Positions 31,342 to 41,366 of a DNA stretch of 64,000 bases are shown piece by piece; position 1 is the first letter of the stretch; every line of letters begins with the position of its first letter. The notes under the pieces are model-generated. The model searched no databases. It had not been told where the DNA came from and worked only from the letters and a program-made list of their open reading frames with translations. The position numbers and the translations under genes are program-made. Source of the DNA: Kiritimatiellia bacterium (lineage in GTDB: Bacteria; Verrucomicrobiota; Kiritimatiellia; RFP12; UBA1067). Location: NCBI GenBank assembly GCA_050949565.1, contig JBMNFY010000017.1:1728001-1792000 (forward strand), given 5' to 3'.

Positions 31342-33003
31342 TTGGACATGATTGACAAGATTGACATGATTGACGCGCCGTGCGCGGCGTGGCGGCGAGT
31401 GTGGCGTGCGGTGACAAGCGCCGCGCTGTTGGTGTGTGCGTCCGCTTCTGCGGTGTTCGGCGCGCAATCGCCGTTCGGCCTGAAGGTCGAGCGTCTGGAG
31501 TCTGCGGATGACGCGCAGACCGAGGTGCGGATCACGCTGAGCGTACCCTCCAATCACCTGATTTACGCTGAAACCTTCAAGGTCTCGGCATCGCCGGTGC
31601 AGGTGCCCAAGCCTGAGAACAAGCCGGATCCGATCAACCCCTCGCAGCAGGTCGGCGTCTATACGGGTACCTTCGAATCGCGTTGGCGCATCGCGCCGTT
31701 GCGTGACGGTGCCGCACTGACGGTCGCCTACCAAGGGTGCGACGACACCGTGTGCTTTATGCCGGAAAGCCATGCGTTCCGCTACGACGCCGCGTCCGGC
31801 CGCTTTGTCATCGCGCCTGACGAGGCGGACACCGCCCCATCAACGGCGGAGGGGGCCGATACATGGACGCACGGCTTCGCGATGGTTTCCGGCGGCGGCT
31901 ACATGAAGACGGGTGAGTTTCTCGCGTTTCTGGATCAGGCCGAAGGCCAGACGCCCGCTGCTGATACGTCGCGTACCGGACTGGCTGGTTTTCTGAACGA
32001 TCCGGTCGTCTTCTTTCATGCGCACGGCTTGTTGTTGACGCTCCTGCTGGTACTGCTCGGCGGCATGCTGCTTAACCTCACGCCCTGTGTGTTGCCGATG
32101 ATCCCGATCAATCTGGCGATCCTCGGTGCAGGCGCGGGGGCCGGCTCGCGCGGGCGCGGCTTCGGACTCGGCGCGGCTTATGGCGCGGGGATTGTACTGG
32201 TCTATGGCGGTCTGGGCTGGATCATCCTGCGCAGCGGGCTCTTTTTCGGCGCGTTGCAGGCGTCGCCTTGGTTCAGTCTTGCGGTCGGTCTGATTTTCGC
32301 GGCACTGACGCTGGCGCTCTTCGATGTGTTCGTGATCGATTTCGCGCGCTTTGTAACGCCGAAGCACGACAGCGGTGGACGGAAGGGCGCATTGGCGGCT
32401 TTCTCTGCGGGCGCGCTCTCGGCATTGCTGGCCGGTGCATGCGTCGCGCCGGTGGTGCTGGCGGTGTTGCTGCTGGCCGGTTCGCTCTATGCCGGCGGGG
32501 CGCGCGGCGCTCAGTTCCTGCCGTTCGTGCTGGGCCTGGGCATGGCGCTGCCTTGGCCGTTCGCAGGTGCGGGGCTTTCGGTGCTGCCCAAGCCCGGCAT
32601 GTGGATGGTGCGCGTGAAGCAGGCATTCGGTGTGTTGCTGGCGCTGCTGGCCGTCTACTACTTCTATCTGGCGGCGGTAGGGTTCATGTCGGCCAAGCAG
32701 GCGGCGCGTGACGGCTCGATCGTAGCGGGTGATCGCGCGGCGTGGGAGGCCAAGGTCGCGCAGGCACGGCGCGAGGGCAAGCCGCTCTTTGTCGATTTCT
32801 GGGCGACATGGTGCAAGAACTGCGCGGTCATGGAACGCACCACGTTTCAGGACGAGCAGGTCAAGCAGCGGCTCGCGCGCTACGTGGTGGTCAAGGTGCA
32901 AGCCGAACGACCGGAGCGGAGCCCGGCCAAAGAAATGCTCGCGGCTTTCGGTATTCGCGGACTGCCGGGCTTCGTTGTGCTGCGCCCGGATGATGGGCGC
33001 TAG
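31342..33003 (+). CDS. dsbD: DsbD-like thiol:disulfide interchange protein, copy 1
   Basis: N-domain YQGCDDTVC, transmembrane LTPCVLPMIP and GACVAP, thioredoxin WCKNC. Start approximate. Confidence 0.88.
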   Translation: MDMIDKIDMIDAPCAAWRRVWRAVTSAALLVCASASAVFGAQSPFGLKVERLESADDAQTEVRITLSVPSNHLIYAETFKVSASPVQVPKPENKPDPINPSQQVGVYTGTFESRWRIAPLRDGAALTVAYQGCDDTVCFMPESHAFRYDAASGRFVIAPDEADTAPSTAEGADTWTHGFAMVSGGGYMKTGEFLAFLDQAEGQTPAADTSRTGLAGFLNDPVVFFHAHGLLLTLLLVLLGGMLLNLTPCVLPMIPINLAILGAGAGAGSRGRGFGLGAAYGAGIVLVYGGLGWIILRSGLFFGALQASPWFSLAVGLIFAALTLALFDVFVIDFARFVTPKHDSGGRKGALAAFSAGALSALLAGACVAPVVLAVLLLAGSLYAGGARGAQFLPFVLGLGMALPWPFAGAGLSVLPKPGMWMVRVKQAFGVLLALLAVYYFYLAAVGFMSAKQAARDGSIVAGDRAAWEAKVAQARREGKPLFVDFWATWCKNCAVMERTTFQDEQVKQRLARYVVVKVQAERPERSPAKEMLAAFGIRGLPGFVVLRPDDGR

Positions 33004-33056
33004 CCCGCGCGGTTTTGTTTTAGCCTAAAAAGAGCAGTTGAATCTTCAACTCTCAT

Positions 33057-33128
33057 TGGTTTCAAGGTTTCTGGTTTCAAGGTTTCATCCAAATCGGGAT
33101 CGGGATCGCTATCGGGATCGGGATCGAT
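33057..33128. repeat. Short tandem repeats GGTTTCA/GGTTTCT (7-mer) and ATCGGG (6-mer); duplicated at 36792-36863
   Basis: Seen directly between the convergent dsbD and xylB genes. Confidence 0.75.
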
Positions 33129-33233
33129 TGTTTAACCGCCGCCGGATAGAAGGCCGGTGCATAGGGCACCGGCAGTGCTCGTAGTACCGGCAGTAACGGG
33201 AAACCCTCCGCAATTCCCAACCCCAACTGCCTA

Positions 33234-34532
33234 TTACACCTGCTCCAGCTCGCGGAGGGTTGGGAGCAGGTGGTCGTACACGGTGGCGGTTGCGGGGCGG
33301 GGCTGGCACACGTCGGTCACGAGGCAGAAGCGCTCCGTTGTCTCCGTCAGCGGCACGCCGTCCGCGTGTGCGGCCAGCAGGGCGCCGCCCAGCGCCGCTG
33401 AATCGGCCACCGCGCTGTTCTCCACGCGTGCCTGGAAGACATCGGCCAGCGTCTGGCGGATGCCTGCGCTGCGCGATGCGCCGCCCGTGACGCGCAGCAC
33501 ATCGAAGCGCCCGATCCACTCCGCATGGCTGCGCAGAGCCAGGGCTTGCGCCTCGACCACCGCCCGGATGCGAACCTCCGGCGCGGCTTCGGCGAATGGG
33601 AAGTTCGCGCGCAGACCGGGCGACATCACCGGTGGCGTGATCTCCGGAACAAACCAAGGGAGCGCCAGCCGCCCGTCATTGCCGGGCGGCGTGAGTTCGA
33701 ACGCTGTGTTGTCGAAGAAGTCCCACGACACGTCCGCCTCGTGCCGGATGCGGTCGCGCGCCAGCGAGCCGTTTTTGAAACAGGTGAGGCTCATGAAGCC
33801 GCCCGCCGGGTTGCCGAAGACATGCCCGCAGCCGTCAGGGTCGGTGCGGAAGGTATCGAGTGCCGCGAAAAAGGTATCGCTTGTACCTAGGCTCACAACC
33901 GCGCGGCCCGCGCGCCAACATCCCGTTCCGATCAGGCTCGCGGGGTTGTCGCCGGTCCAGACGGCCACCGGAATGCCGGGTCTCAAGCCGTACTTGGCGA
34001 AATAGGCGTGCAGACCACCCGCGACGCCGCTGCCGATTTGCGGCAGCTTAGAGATGAGGTCCGGCGCTGTGAACGCAGCAATCTCCTCATCCCACGCCAG
34101 CGTACGCAGGTTGAGCAGATTCATGCCCGCGCCGTCGCCGGTGTCGATCGGCGCATCGCGTCCGATCAGCACGGAGCAGAGAAAGGAACTCACCAGATGG
34201 ATGCGCGCGGTCTGCGCATAGCGTTCGGGCTCCGACAATGCGAAGGTGCGGATCTGCGGTCCTGTGAAACGTTCGATGGCGGGCGAGCCGGTGTCGGCCT
34301 GAAGGCGGTCGCCGAACTGTTCGGTCAGTTCGCGGCAGGCGGCGCTGGTCGAGCTGTCCATCCAGATGGGGCTTGTCGGGCGGGACAGCGTGGACGCGAG
34401 TTGCCCGGCCAATTCGCCGTCGGGCGAGAGCGCGTCCAGCGTGGGTGCGAAGCGGTCGTTCAGATAGACTGAACCGTGCTGCTGGCCGTCGCCGCCGATC
34501 GCGGCGATTCGTTCCATTTCCACGCCGGCGGC
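33234..34532 (-). pseudogene. 5'-truncated xylulokinase copy created by the duplication
   Basis: Matches residues ~78-507 of 36969-38492 and lacks the N-terminal GIDSSTQS phosphate motif. Confidence 0.85.
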
Positions 34533-35059
34533 CGCCGAGCCACGGCGTGATCTGGCGCAGTCACTTTGACAAGATTCTCGCGGCGTATCAGGACTGGATG
34601 GTTTGCAAGCCCGCCCGTAAAGTTGTGATCGCCTATTGCACCATGTGGGGCAGCACGCGCCTGATGGCCGAAGCTGTGGCCGAGGGTGCCCGAACGTTGC
34701 CGGTCGAGGTCAAGCTGCTCAATGTGGACGTCACGCACGATACGCAGATCATTACCGAGGTGATGGACTGCGCGGCCTTTGCAGCGGGTACCGCTACGCT
34801 CAACATGGGGATCATGCCGCGCATGGCTGCGACGTTGACCTATCTGCGCGGACTTAAGCCGCTGGGCAAGGCGGGTTTCGCCTTCGGTTCGTACGGCTGG
34901 GCCGCGAAGGGCGTGGATGAGGCGGCGTGTTTCCTGGCGACCATGCAGATGGCACCGGTGTGCGAGCCGCTTATCTGCCGCTACGCGCCGGACGCCGAGA
35001 CGCTGGAAGCCTGCCGCGCCGCCGGCCGCGCGCTGGCAGAGGTCGCGCAACGTGCGTAG
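34533..35059 (+). pseudogene. 3' fragment of fprA (flavodoxin domain) created by the duplication
   Basis: Identical to 30798-31324. Confidence 0.85.
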
Positions 35060-35076
35060 GGTGAGGAGGGCGGTTT

Positions 35077-36738
35077 TTGGACATGATTGACAAGATTGAC
35101 ATGATTGACGCGCCGTGCGCGGCGTGGCGGCGAGTGTGGCGTGCGGTGACAAGCGCCGCGCTGTTGGTGTGTGCGTCCGCTTCTGCGGTGTTCGGCGCGC
35201 AATCGCCGTTCGGCCTGAAGGTCGAGCGTCTGGAGTCTGCGGATGACGCGCAGACCGAGGTGCGGATCACGCTGAGCGTACCCTCCAATCACCTGATTTA
35301 CGCTGAAACCTTCAAGGTCTCGGCATCGCCGGTGCAGGTGCCCAAGCCTGAGAACAAGCCGGATCCGATCAACCCCTCGCAGCAGGTCGGCGTCTATACG
35401 GGTACCTTCGAATCGCGTTGGCGCATCGCGCCGTTGCGTGACGGTGCCGCACTGACGGTCGCCTACCAAGGGTGCGACGACACCGTGTGCTTTATGCCGG
35501 AAAGCCATGCGTTCCGCTACGACGCCGCGTCCGGCCGCTTTGTCATCGCGCCTGACGAGGCGGACACCGCCCCATCAACGGCGGAGGGGGCCGATACATG
35601 GACGCACGGCTTCGCGATGGTTTCCGGCGGCGGCTACATGAAGACGGGTGAGTTTCTCGCGTTTCTGGATCAGGCCGAAGGCCAGACGCCCGCTGCTGAT
35701 ACGTCGCGTACCGGACTGGCTGGTTTTCTGAACGATCCGGTCGTCTTCTTTCATGCGCACGGCTTGTTGTTGACGCTCCTGCTGGTACTGCTCGGCGGCA
35801 TGCTGCTTAACCTCACGCCCTGTGTGTTGCCGATGATCCCGATCAATCTGGCGATCCTCGGTGCAGGCGCGGGGGCCGGCTCGCGCGGGCGCGGCTTCGG
35901 ACTCGGCGCGGCTTATGGCGCGGGGATTGTACTGGTCTATGGCGGTCTGGGCTGGATCATCCTGCGCAGCGGGCTCTTTTTCGGCGCGTTGCAGGCGTCG
36001 CCTTGGTTCAGTCTTGCGGTCGGTCTGATTTTCGCGGCACTGACGCTGGCGCTCTTCGATGTGTTCGTGATCGATTTCGCGCGCTTTGTAACGCCGAAGC
36101 ACGACAGCGGTGGACGGAAGGGCGCATTGGCGGCTTTCTCTGCGGGCGCGCTCTCGGCATTGCTGGCCGGTGCATGCGTCGCGCCGGTGGTGCTGGCGGT
36201 GTTGCTGCTGGCCGGTTCGCTCTATGCCGGCGGGGCGCGCGGCGCTCAGTTCCTGCCGTTCGTGCTGGGCCTGGGCATGGCGCTGCCTTGGCCGTTCGCA
36301 GGTGCGGGGCTTTCGGTGCTGCCCAAGCCCGGCATGTGGATGGTGCGCGTGAAGCAGGCATTCGGTGTGTTGCTGGCGCTGCTGGCCGTCTACTACTTCT
36401 ATCTGGCGGCGGTAGGGTTCATGTCGGCCAAGCAGGCGGCGCGTGACGGCTCGATCGTAGCGGGTGATCGCGCGGCGTGGGAGGCCAAGGTCGCGCAGGC
36501 ACGGCGCGAGGGCAAGCCGCTCTTTGTCGATTTCTGGGCGACATGGTGCAAGAACTGCGCGGTCATGGAACGCACCACGTTTCAGGACGAGCAGGTCAAG
36601 CAGCGGCTCGCGCGCTACGTGGTGGTCAAGGTGCAAGCCGAACGACCGGAGCGGAGCCCGGCCAAAGAAATGCTCGCGGCTTTCGGTATTCGCGGACTGC
36701 CGGGCTTCGTTGTGCTGCGCCCGGATGATGGGCGCTAG
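35077..36738 (+). CDS. dsbD: DsbD-like protein, copy 2
   Basis: Identical translation to 31342-33003. Confidence 0.88.
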   Translation: MDMIDKIDMIDAPCAAWRRVWRAVTSAALLVCASASAVFGAQSPFGLKVERLESADDAQTEVRITLSVPSNHLIYAETFKVSASPVQVPKPENKPDPINPSQQVGVYTGTFESRWRIAPLRDGAALTVAYQGCDDTVCFMPESHAFRYDAASGRFVIAPDEADTAPSTAEGADTWTHGFAMVSGGGYMKTGEFLAFLDQAEGQTPAADTSRTGLAGFLNDPVVFFHAHGLLLTLLLVLLGGMLLNLTPCVLPMIPINLAILGAGAGAGSRGRGFGLGAAYGAGIVLVYGGLGWIILRSGLFFGALQASPWFSLAVGLIFAALTLALFDVFVIDFARFVTPKHDSGGRKGALAAFSAGALSALLAGACVAPVVLAVLLLAGSLYAGGARGAQFLPFVLGLGMALPWPFAGAGLSVLPKPGMWMVRVKQAFGVLLALLAVYYFYLAAVGFMSAKQAARDGSIVAGDRAAWEAKVAQARREGKPLFVDFWATWCKNCAVMERTTFQDEQVKQRLARYVVVKVQAERPERSPAKEMLAAFGIRGLPGFVVLRPDDGR

Positions 36739-36968
36739 CCCGCGCGGTTTTGTTTTAGCCTAAAAAGAGCAGTTGAATCTTCAACTCTCATTGGTTTCAA
36801 GGTTTCTGGTTTCAAGGTTTCATCCAAATCGGGATCGGGATCGCTATCGGGATCGGGATCGATTGTTTAACCGCCGCCGGATAGAAGGCCGGTGCATAGG
36901 GCACCGGCAGTGCTCGTAGTACCGGCAGTAACGGGAAACCCTCCGCAATTCCCAACCCCAACTGCCTA

Positions 36969-38492
36969 TTACACCTGCTCCAGCTCGCGGAGGGTTGGGA
37001 GCAGGTGGTCGTACACGGTGGCGGTTGCGGGGCGGGGCTGGCACACGTCGGTCACGAGGCAGAAGCGCTCCGTTGTCTCCGTCAGCGGCACGCCGTCCGC
37101 GTGTGCGGCCAGCAGGGCGCCGCCCAGCGCCGCTGAATCGGCCACCGCGCTGTTCTCCACGCGTGCCTGGAAGACATCGGCCAGCGTCTGGCGGATGCCT
37201 GCGCTGCGCGATGCGCCGCCCGTGACGCGCAGCACATCGAAGCGCCCGATCCACTCCGCATGGCTGCGCAGAGCCAGGGCTTGCGCCTCGACCACCGCCC
37301 GGATGCGAACCTCCGGCGCGGCTTCGGCGAATGGGAAGTTCGCGCGCAGACCGGGCGACATCACCGGTGGCGTGATCTCCGGAACAAACCAAGGGAGCGC
37401 CAGCCGCCCGTCATTGCCGGGCGGCGTGAGTTCGAACGCTGTGTTGTCGAAGAAGTCCCACGACACGTCCGCCTCGTGCCGGATGCGGTCGCGTGCCAGC
37501 GAGCCGTTTTTGAAACAGGTGAGGCTCATGAAGCCGCCCGCCGGGTTGCCGAAGACATGCCCGCAGCCGTCAGGATCAGTGCGGAAGGTATCGAGTGCCG
37601 CGAAAAAGGTATCGCTTGTACCTAGGCTCACAACCGCGCGGCCCGCGCGCCAACATCCCGTTCCGATCAAGCTTGCGGGGTTGTCGCCGGTCCAGACGGC
37701 CACCGGAATGCCGGGCTTCAAGCCGTACTTGGCGAAATAGGCGTGCAGACCACCCGCGACGCCGCTGCCGATCTGTGGCAGCTTAGAGATGAGGTCCGGC
37801 GCTGTGAACGCAGCAATCTCCTCATCCCACGCCAGCGTACGCAGGTTGAGCAGATTCATGCCCGCGCCGTCGCCGGTGTCGATCGGCGCATCGCGTCCGA
37901 TCAGCACGGAGCAGAGAAAGGAACTCACCAGATGGATGCGCGCGGTCTGCGCATAGCGTTCGGGCTCCGACAATGCGAAGGTGCGGATCTGCGGTCCTGT
38001 GAAACGTTCGATGGCGGGCGAGCCGGTGTCGGCCTGAAGGCGGTCGCCGAACTGTTCGGTCAGTTCGCGGCAGGCGGCGCTGGTCGAGCTGTCCATCCAG
38101 ATGGGGCTTGTCGGGCGGGACAGCGTGGACGCGAGTTGCCCGGCCAATTCGCCGTCGGGCGAGAGCGCGTCCAGCGTGGGTGCGAAGCGGTCGTTCAGAT
38201 AGACTGAACCGTGCTGCTGGCCGTCGCCGCCGATCGCGGCGATTCGTTCCATTTCCACGCCGGCGGCTTGCAAACGCGCCAACAGCAGATCCAGCGCGGC
38301 CAGCCACATCAACGGGTCGGCGTGTTTGACCAACGGGTCGTCATTCGGCAAAACCCCGTCCGGGCAACGGTAGTGCGGCAAGTCCGTGGAGAACGAGACA
38401 CTCGCGCTACCCGCCACGCGTGCGGCCGCCGGATCGATGACCAGCGCCTTCATGCTCTGCGTACTGCTGTCTATACCCAGATAAAGTGCCAT
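36969..38492 (-). CDS. xylB: Xylulokinase (FGGY family)
   Basis: LGIDSSTQSMK, GQQHGSVY, WMDSST, ERFTGPQI, GDNPASL and SLGTSDT motifs. Confidence 0.88.
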   Translation of the reverse strand: MALYLGIDSSTQSMKALVIDPAAARVAGSASVSFSTDLPHYRCPDGVLPNDDPLVKHADPLMWLAALDLLLARLQAAGVEMERIAAIGGDGQQHGSVYLNDRFAPTLDALSPDGELAGQLASTLSRPTSPIWMDSSTSAACRELTEQFGDRLQADTGSPAIERFTGPQIRTFALSEPERYAQTARIHLVSSFLCSVLIGRDAPIDTGDGAGMNLLNLRTLAWDEEIAAFTAPDLISKLPQIGSGVAGGLHAYFAKYGLKPGIPVAVWTGDNPASLIGTGCWRAGRAVVSLGTSDTFFAALDTFRTDPDGCGHVFGNPAGGFMSLTCFKNGSLARDRIRHEADVSWDFFDNTAFELTPPGNDGRLALPWFVPEITPPVMSPGLRANFPFAEAAPEVRIRAVVEAQALALRSHAEWIGRFDVLRVTGGASRSAGIRQTLADVFQARVENSAVADSAALGGALLAAHADGVPLTETTERFCLVTDVCQPRPATATVYDHLLPTLRELEQV

Positions 38493-38497
38493 TTTCG

Positions 38498-39730
38498 TTA
38501 CTTGCTTTTCAGTCGCGTAGGTGTGTTGGTGTTTGTGTTCGGATCAGCGAACAATTTGAGCGGCGTCTCGATCTTTGCCTCTTTGACGAGCTTGACCCTG
38601 AGGTCGGCAACGGTTTGTTGCGCACGATTGTTGATCAGTTCGTTACGGGCTTCTTCGGCGGTCAGTTCCGGCTTCAGCTCTTTCTTTTCCAACATGATAT
38701 GCGCGAGATTGACCGAAATCACGGGGGGCGGTCCTTTTTCGCCATCTCTCAGAAAACCGGTGTTCTTTTTGTTCAGCTTGAGAATGTGAAAAGAGTAGGG
38801 AGTTTCGACCACATCGCTCAGCGTCCCCTCCTTCATGTTGAAGGCGACCTCCGCCAACTCAGGCCGGAGTTGTTCACGCTTGATGATACCCCACTCTCCG
38901 TAGTCAAGGCTCGAGTCGCAGTCGGACTCCCGGAAGGCGACCTCGGCGAACGTGGCCTCACCGGATTTGATTGAGGCGAGAAGCTTCTTTGCCTTGGGCC
39001 GCAGCGATTTGTTGTAAGCGACAATCTCGGCATTCTCCTTTTTCCGATCCTGCCGATACTGCTTCACTTCGGCGTCAGTGATTTTCACAGCCGGACGGAT
39101 AACCTCCTGCGTCAAGCGCGACACGAGTAAGGCGTGTTTCACCTCATACCACAGGAACGAACCGGGACGGGTGATTTCTTTGACATACGCCTCTTTCCCG
39201 GAGCCACTCTCCCGGATCTGCGCGGCCAGTTGTTTCTGCTTGTCCGCGAGCGCACCGTCTTCCACCTTGATACCGTGGCGCACCGCTTCTTGGGCCAGCA
39301 CCGTTTTGGCGATAAAGCTGGATGCCAGCTTGTAGACATGGCGCATCAAAATGTTGTCGCGCTGCGCCTCAAAGTCGGCGGCCGTGACACCGGCAGGCAA
39401 TTCAAAATCGCTCGTCAGCAACTCGGCATACCGGCGCATGCTGTCCCAGCTTATCGAGGTGCCGTTGACCGTGATCAGAGGATCGTCGGGTTTCAGGTCC
39501 GGCAGGGCCACCTTGGGCACTTCTGGCCTTTTGATGGGCACCTCCATACGGTTCGCGCCGGTGCGGGTCAGGTTGGTGGCGAGGCCGGCCGGCATGGTAA
39601 CATTCCGCGGGGTCCGCGCCGCCGCAGACGGCGCGTTGGTAGCGGGTTGCGCGCAGAGCGCCACGGATGACGCGAGCATCAAACCCGCAGACACGCACAC
39701 TGATCGAACCGATTGTCGGGTACCTACCAT
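38498..39730 (-). CDS. Exported parvulin-type peptidyl-prolyl isomerase (PrsA/SurA-like)
   Basis: Signal peptide; FAEVAFRESD...GEWG...LSDVVETPYSFHILKL; AAGGAG RBS before ATG 39730. Confidence 0.8.
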   Translation of the reverse strand: MVGTRQSVRSVCVSAGLMLASSVALCAQPATNAPSAAARTPRNVTMPAGLATNLTRTGANRMEVPIKRPEVPKVALPDLKPDDPLITVNGTSISWDSMRRYAELLTSDFELPAGVTAADFEAQRDNILMRHVYKLASSFIAKTVLAQEAVRHGIKVEDGALADKQKQLAAQIRESGSGKEAYVKEITRPGSFLWYEVKHALLVSRLTQEVIRPAVKITDAEVKQYRQDRKKENAEIVAYNKSLRPKAKKLLASIKSGEATFAEVAFRESDCDSSLDYGEWGIIKREQLRPELAEVAFNMKEGTLSDVVETPYSFHILKLNKKNTGFLRDGEKGPPPVISVNLAHIMLEKKELKPELTAEEARNELINNRAQQTVADLRVKLVKEAKIETPLKLFADPNTNTNTPTRLKSK

Positions 39731-39824
39731 GAAAAAATCTCCTTTTGATGCGCGATTATAGCGAAGCCCCTTTGCTTTCGCAATCACACCCCGCACGTAA
39801 TCGGAAGACGCAAAGAGTTGACCT

Positions 39825-41267
39825 GAAGGACTTTCCCCAAAAAACCGGGGGCAATTATATCTAAGTCCTTGAAAACAAAGGGGATGCGTCTCTGACGGGC
39901 GTGCCTGAAAGTGAAAAAGTGGTTTTCCTCCGCCGGTTCTGCCAAAATGGCGGTTCAACCAAAAACCGGAAAGGAAAACCGACGTGAATCATAGCGCAAC
40001 GGCGTTCAAAGCGCGAGAGCAACTCAAGAATTTTTTGGGGGAACTTTCCCCCCGGTTTTCCAAGCCGCTCGGCAAGTTCGTGGGCGACATGGTCTACGGG
40101 ATACAGGCGTCGCAGGACGTGAAGCTCAGCCGGATCGCCCGCGCGCTCGACGAGCCGATATCGATGAAGAAACTGGAGGACAGGCTGAGCCGGATGCTCG
40201 GGAGCGAGGGCATCGAGCAGGGGATTTCCGACGCTGTCGCCCGTCTGGGCTCGCGTCACGTCCATCAGGACACGCTGATCGTCATCGACCCGACCGACAT
40301 CCGTAAGCTGTACGCGAAGAAGATGGAATATCTCGCCCGCGTCCGGGACGGGAGCACGGGGGAGATCGGCAACGGATACAGCGCCTGCCTGGCGGTCGCC
40401 TGCGAGAGCGGCGGCCGCCGGATCACGCCGTTGCACATGCGGCTGTGGTCGAGCGAGGCGGAGGGCTTCATCAGCCAGAACGACGAGGTGCTCGGCGTCA
40501 TCGACCAGATCAGCTCCCGCGCGAAGAAGCGCGGCATCTACGTCATCGACCGCGGAGGCGACGGAGACTGGCTGTTCGACGGCCTGGACCGGCGCAAACT
40601 GGACTACATCGTGCGCCTCGTGGGCAACCGCAACCTGCTCCACGGCCGGCGGACCGCGCTGGCCGAAGAACTGGCGGCATCCTGCCCCATGAAGCACATC
40701 GAGATCGTCACGAGGGAGACGGGGGACGGGGTGAAAAGCTATAAGCTGGAGTTCGGCGCCATGACCGTCGCCCTGCCGCAGAGGCCCGACAAGCCCCTGC
40801 GCATGGTCGTGGTGAAGGGGTTCGGCGAGCGGCCGATGCTCCTGCTGACCACGCTGGCCGGGACGACGTCGCGCAAGTCCCTGTGGCAGGTCGTCGAGGG
40901 CTATCTGACGCGGTGGCGCGTCGAGGACGCGATCCGCTTCGTCAAGCAGAGCTACAACCTCGAGGACATCCGGGTCCTGACGTACCGGCGCCTGAAAAAC
41001 ATGGTCGCTCTGCTGCTGGCCGTCATCTACTTCAACTGCGTCTGGCTGGCCGGACGGCTGCGCTGCGAGATCCTGACGACCAACATCACCCACGCCGCCA
41101 AGCGCATCTACGGCGTGGCCGAGTTCCTCCACTACGCCGTCGCCGACGGCCTCGGGAGGCTCTTCACGCGCCACGGGAAATGGTACGGCTACAAGCCGCC
41201 AGACCCCGAATCAAACCCGCTCGGACTGGTCTTTCTGGAATGACCAGATTTTTTGGGGAAAGTCCAC
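39825..41267 (+). mobile_element. IS4-superfamily insertion sequence
   Basis: Terminal IRs GGACTTTCCCCAAAAAA / TTTTTTGGGGAAAGTCC; 7-bp target duplication TTGACCT at 39818-39824 and 41268-41274. Confidence 0.9.
39984..41243 (+). CDS. DDE transposase (IS4-like)
   Basis: VIDPTD, VIDRGGD and YLTRWRVEDAIRFVKQ (YREK-like) motifs. Confidence 0.92.
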   Translation: MNHSATAFKAREQLKNFLGELSPRFSKPLGKFVGDMVYGIQASQDVKLSRIARALDEPISMKKLEDRLSRMLGSEGIEQGISDAVARLGSRHVHQDTLIVIDPTDIRKLYAKKMEYLARVRDGSTGEIGNGYSACLAVACESGGRRITPLHMRLWSSEAEGFISQNDEVLGVIDQISSRAKKRGIYVIDRGGDGDWLFDGLDRRKLDYIVRLVGNRNLLHGRRTALAEELAASCPMKHIEIVTRETGDGVKSYKLEFGAMTVALPQRPDKPLRMVVVKGFGERPMLLLTTLAGTTSRKSLWQVVEGYLTRWRVEDAIRFVKQSYNLEDIRVLTYRRLKNMVALLLAVIYFNCVWLAGRLRCEILTTNITHAAKRIYGVAEFLHYAVADGLGRLFTRHGKWYGYKPPDPESNPLGLVFLE

Positions 41268-41366
41268 TTGACCTTTCGACGTAGAAGCCTTTATTATTCC
41301 GAATTCTGAACGTGAGTTTGATTCCGCGGTCGTGCGGGCTATGTGGCAAGGTCATAAGGAGGCGTC

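Larger units (their letters stand above)
30798..38267. repeat. 3735-bp direct tandem duplication (30798-34532 and 34533-38267)
   Basis: Identical ORFs offset by 3735 bp; junction CACGCCGGCGGC|CGCCGAGCCAC at 34532/34533. Confidence 0.95.

Noticed and set aside
31345-31375. GACATGATT 9-mer repeat as a phase-variation tract at the dsbD start (also 35080 and inverted at 52315)
   Set aside because: The unit length is a multiple of three and both duplicate copies have the same number, so there is no evidence of switching.
34373-35059. Novel fusion ORF at the duplication junction
   Set aside because: Its N-terminus is antisense xylB sequence with no RBS, so it is a chance in-frame join.
39861-41174. 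437-aa antisense ORF
   Set aside because: Shadow of the GC-rich transposase, with no recognisable motifs.
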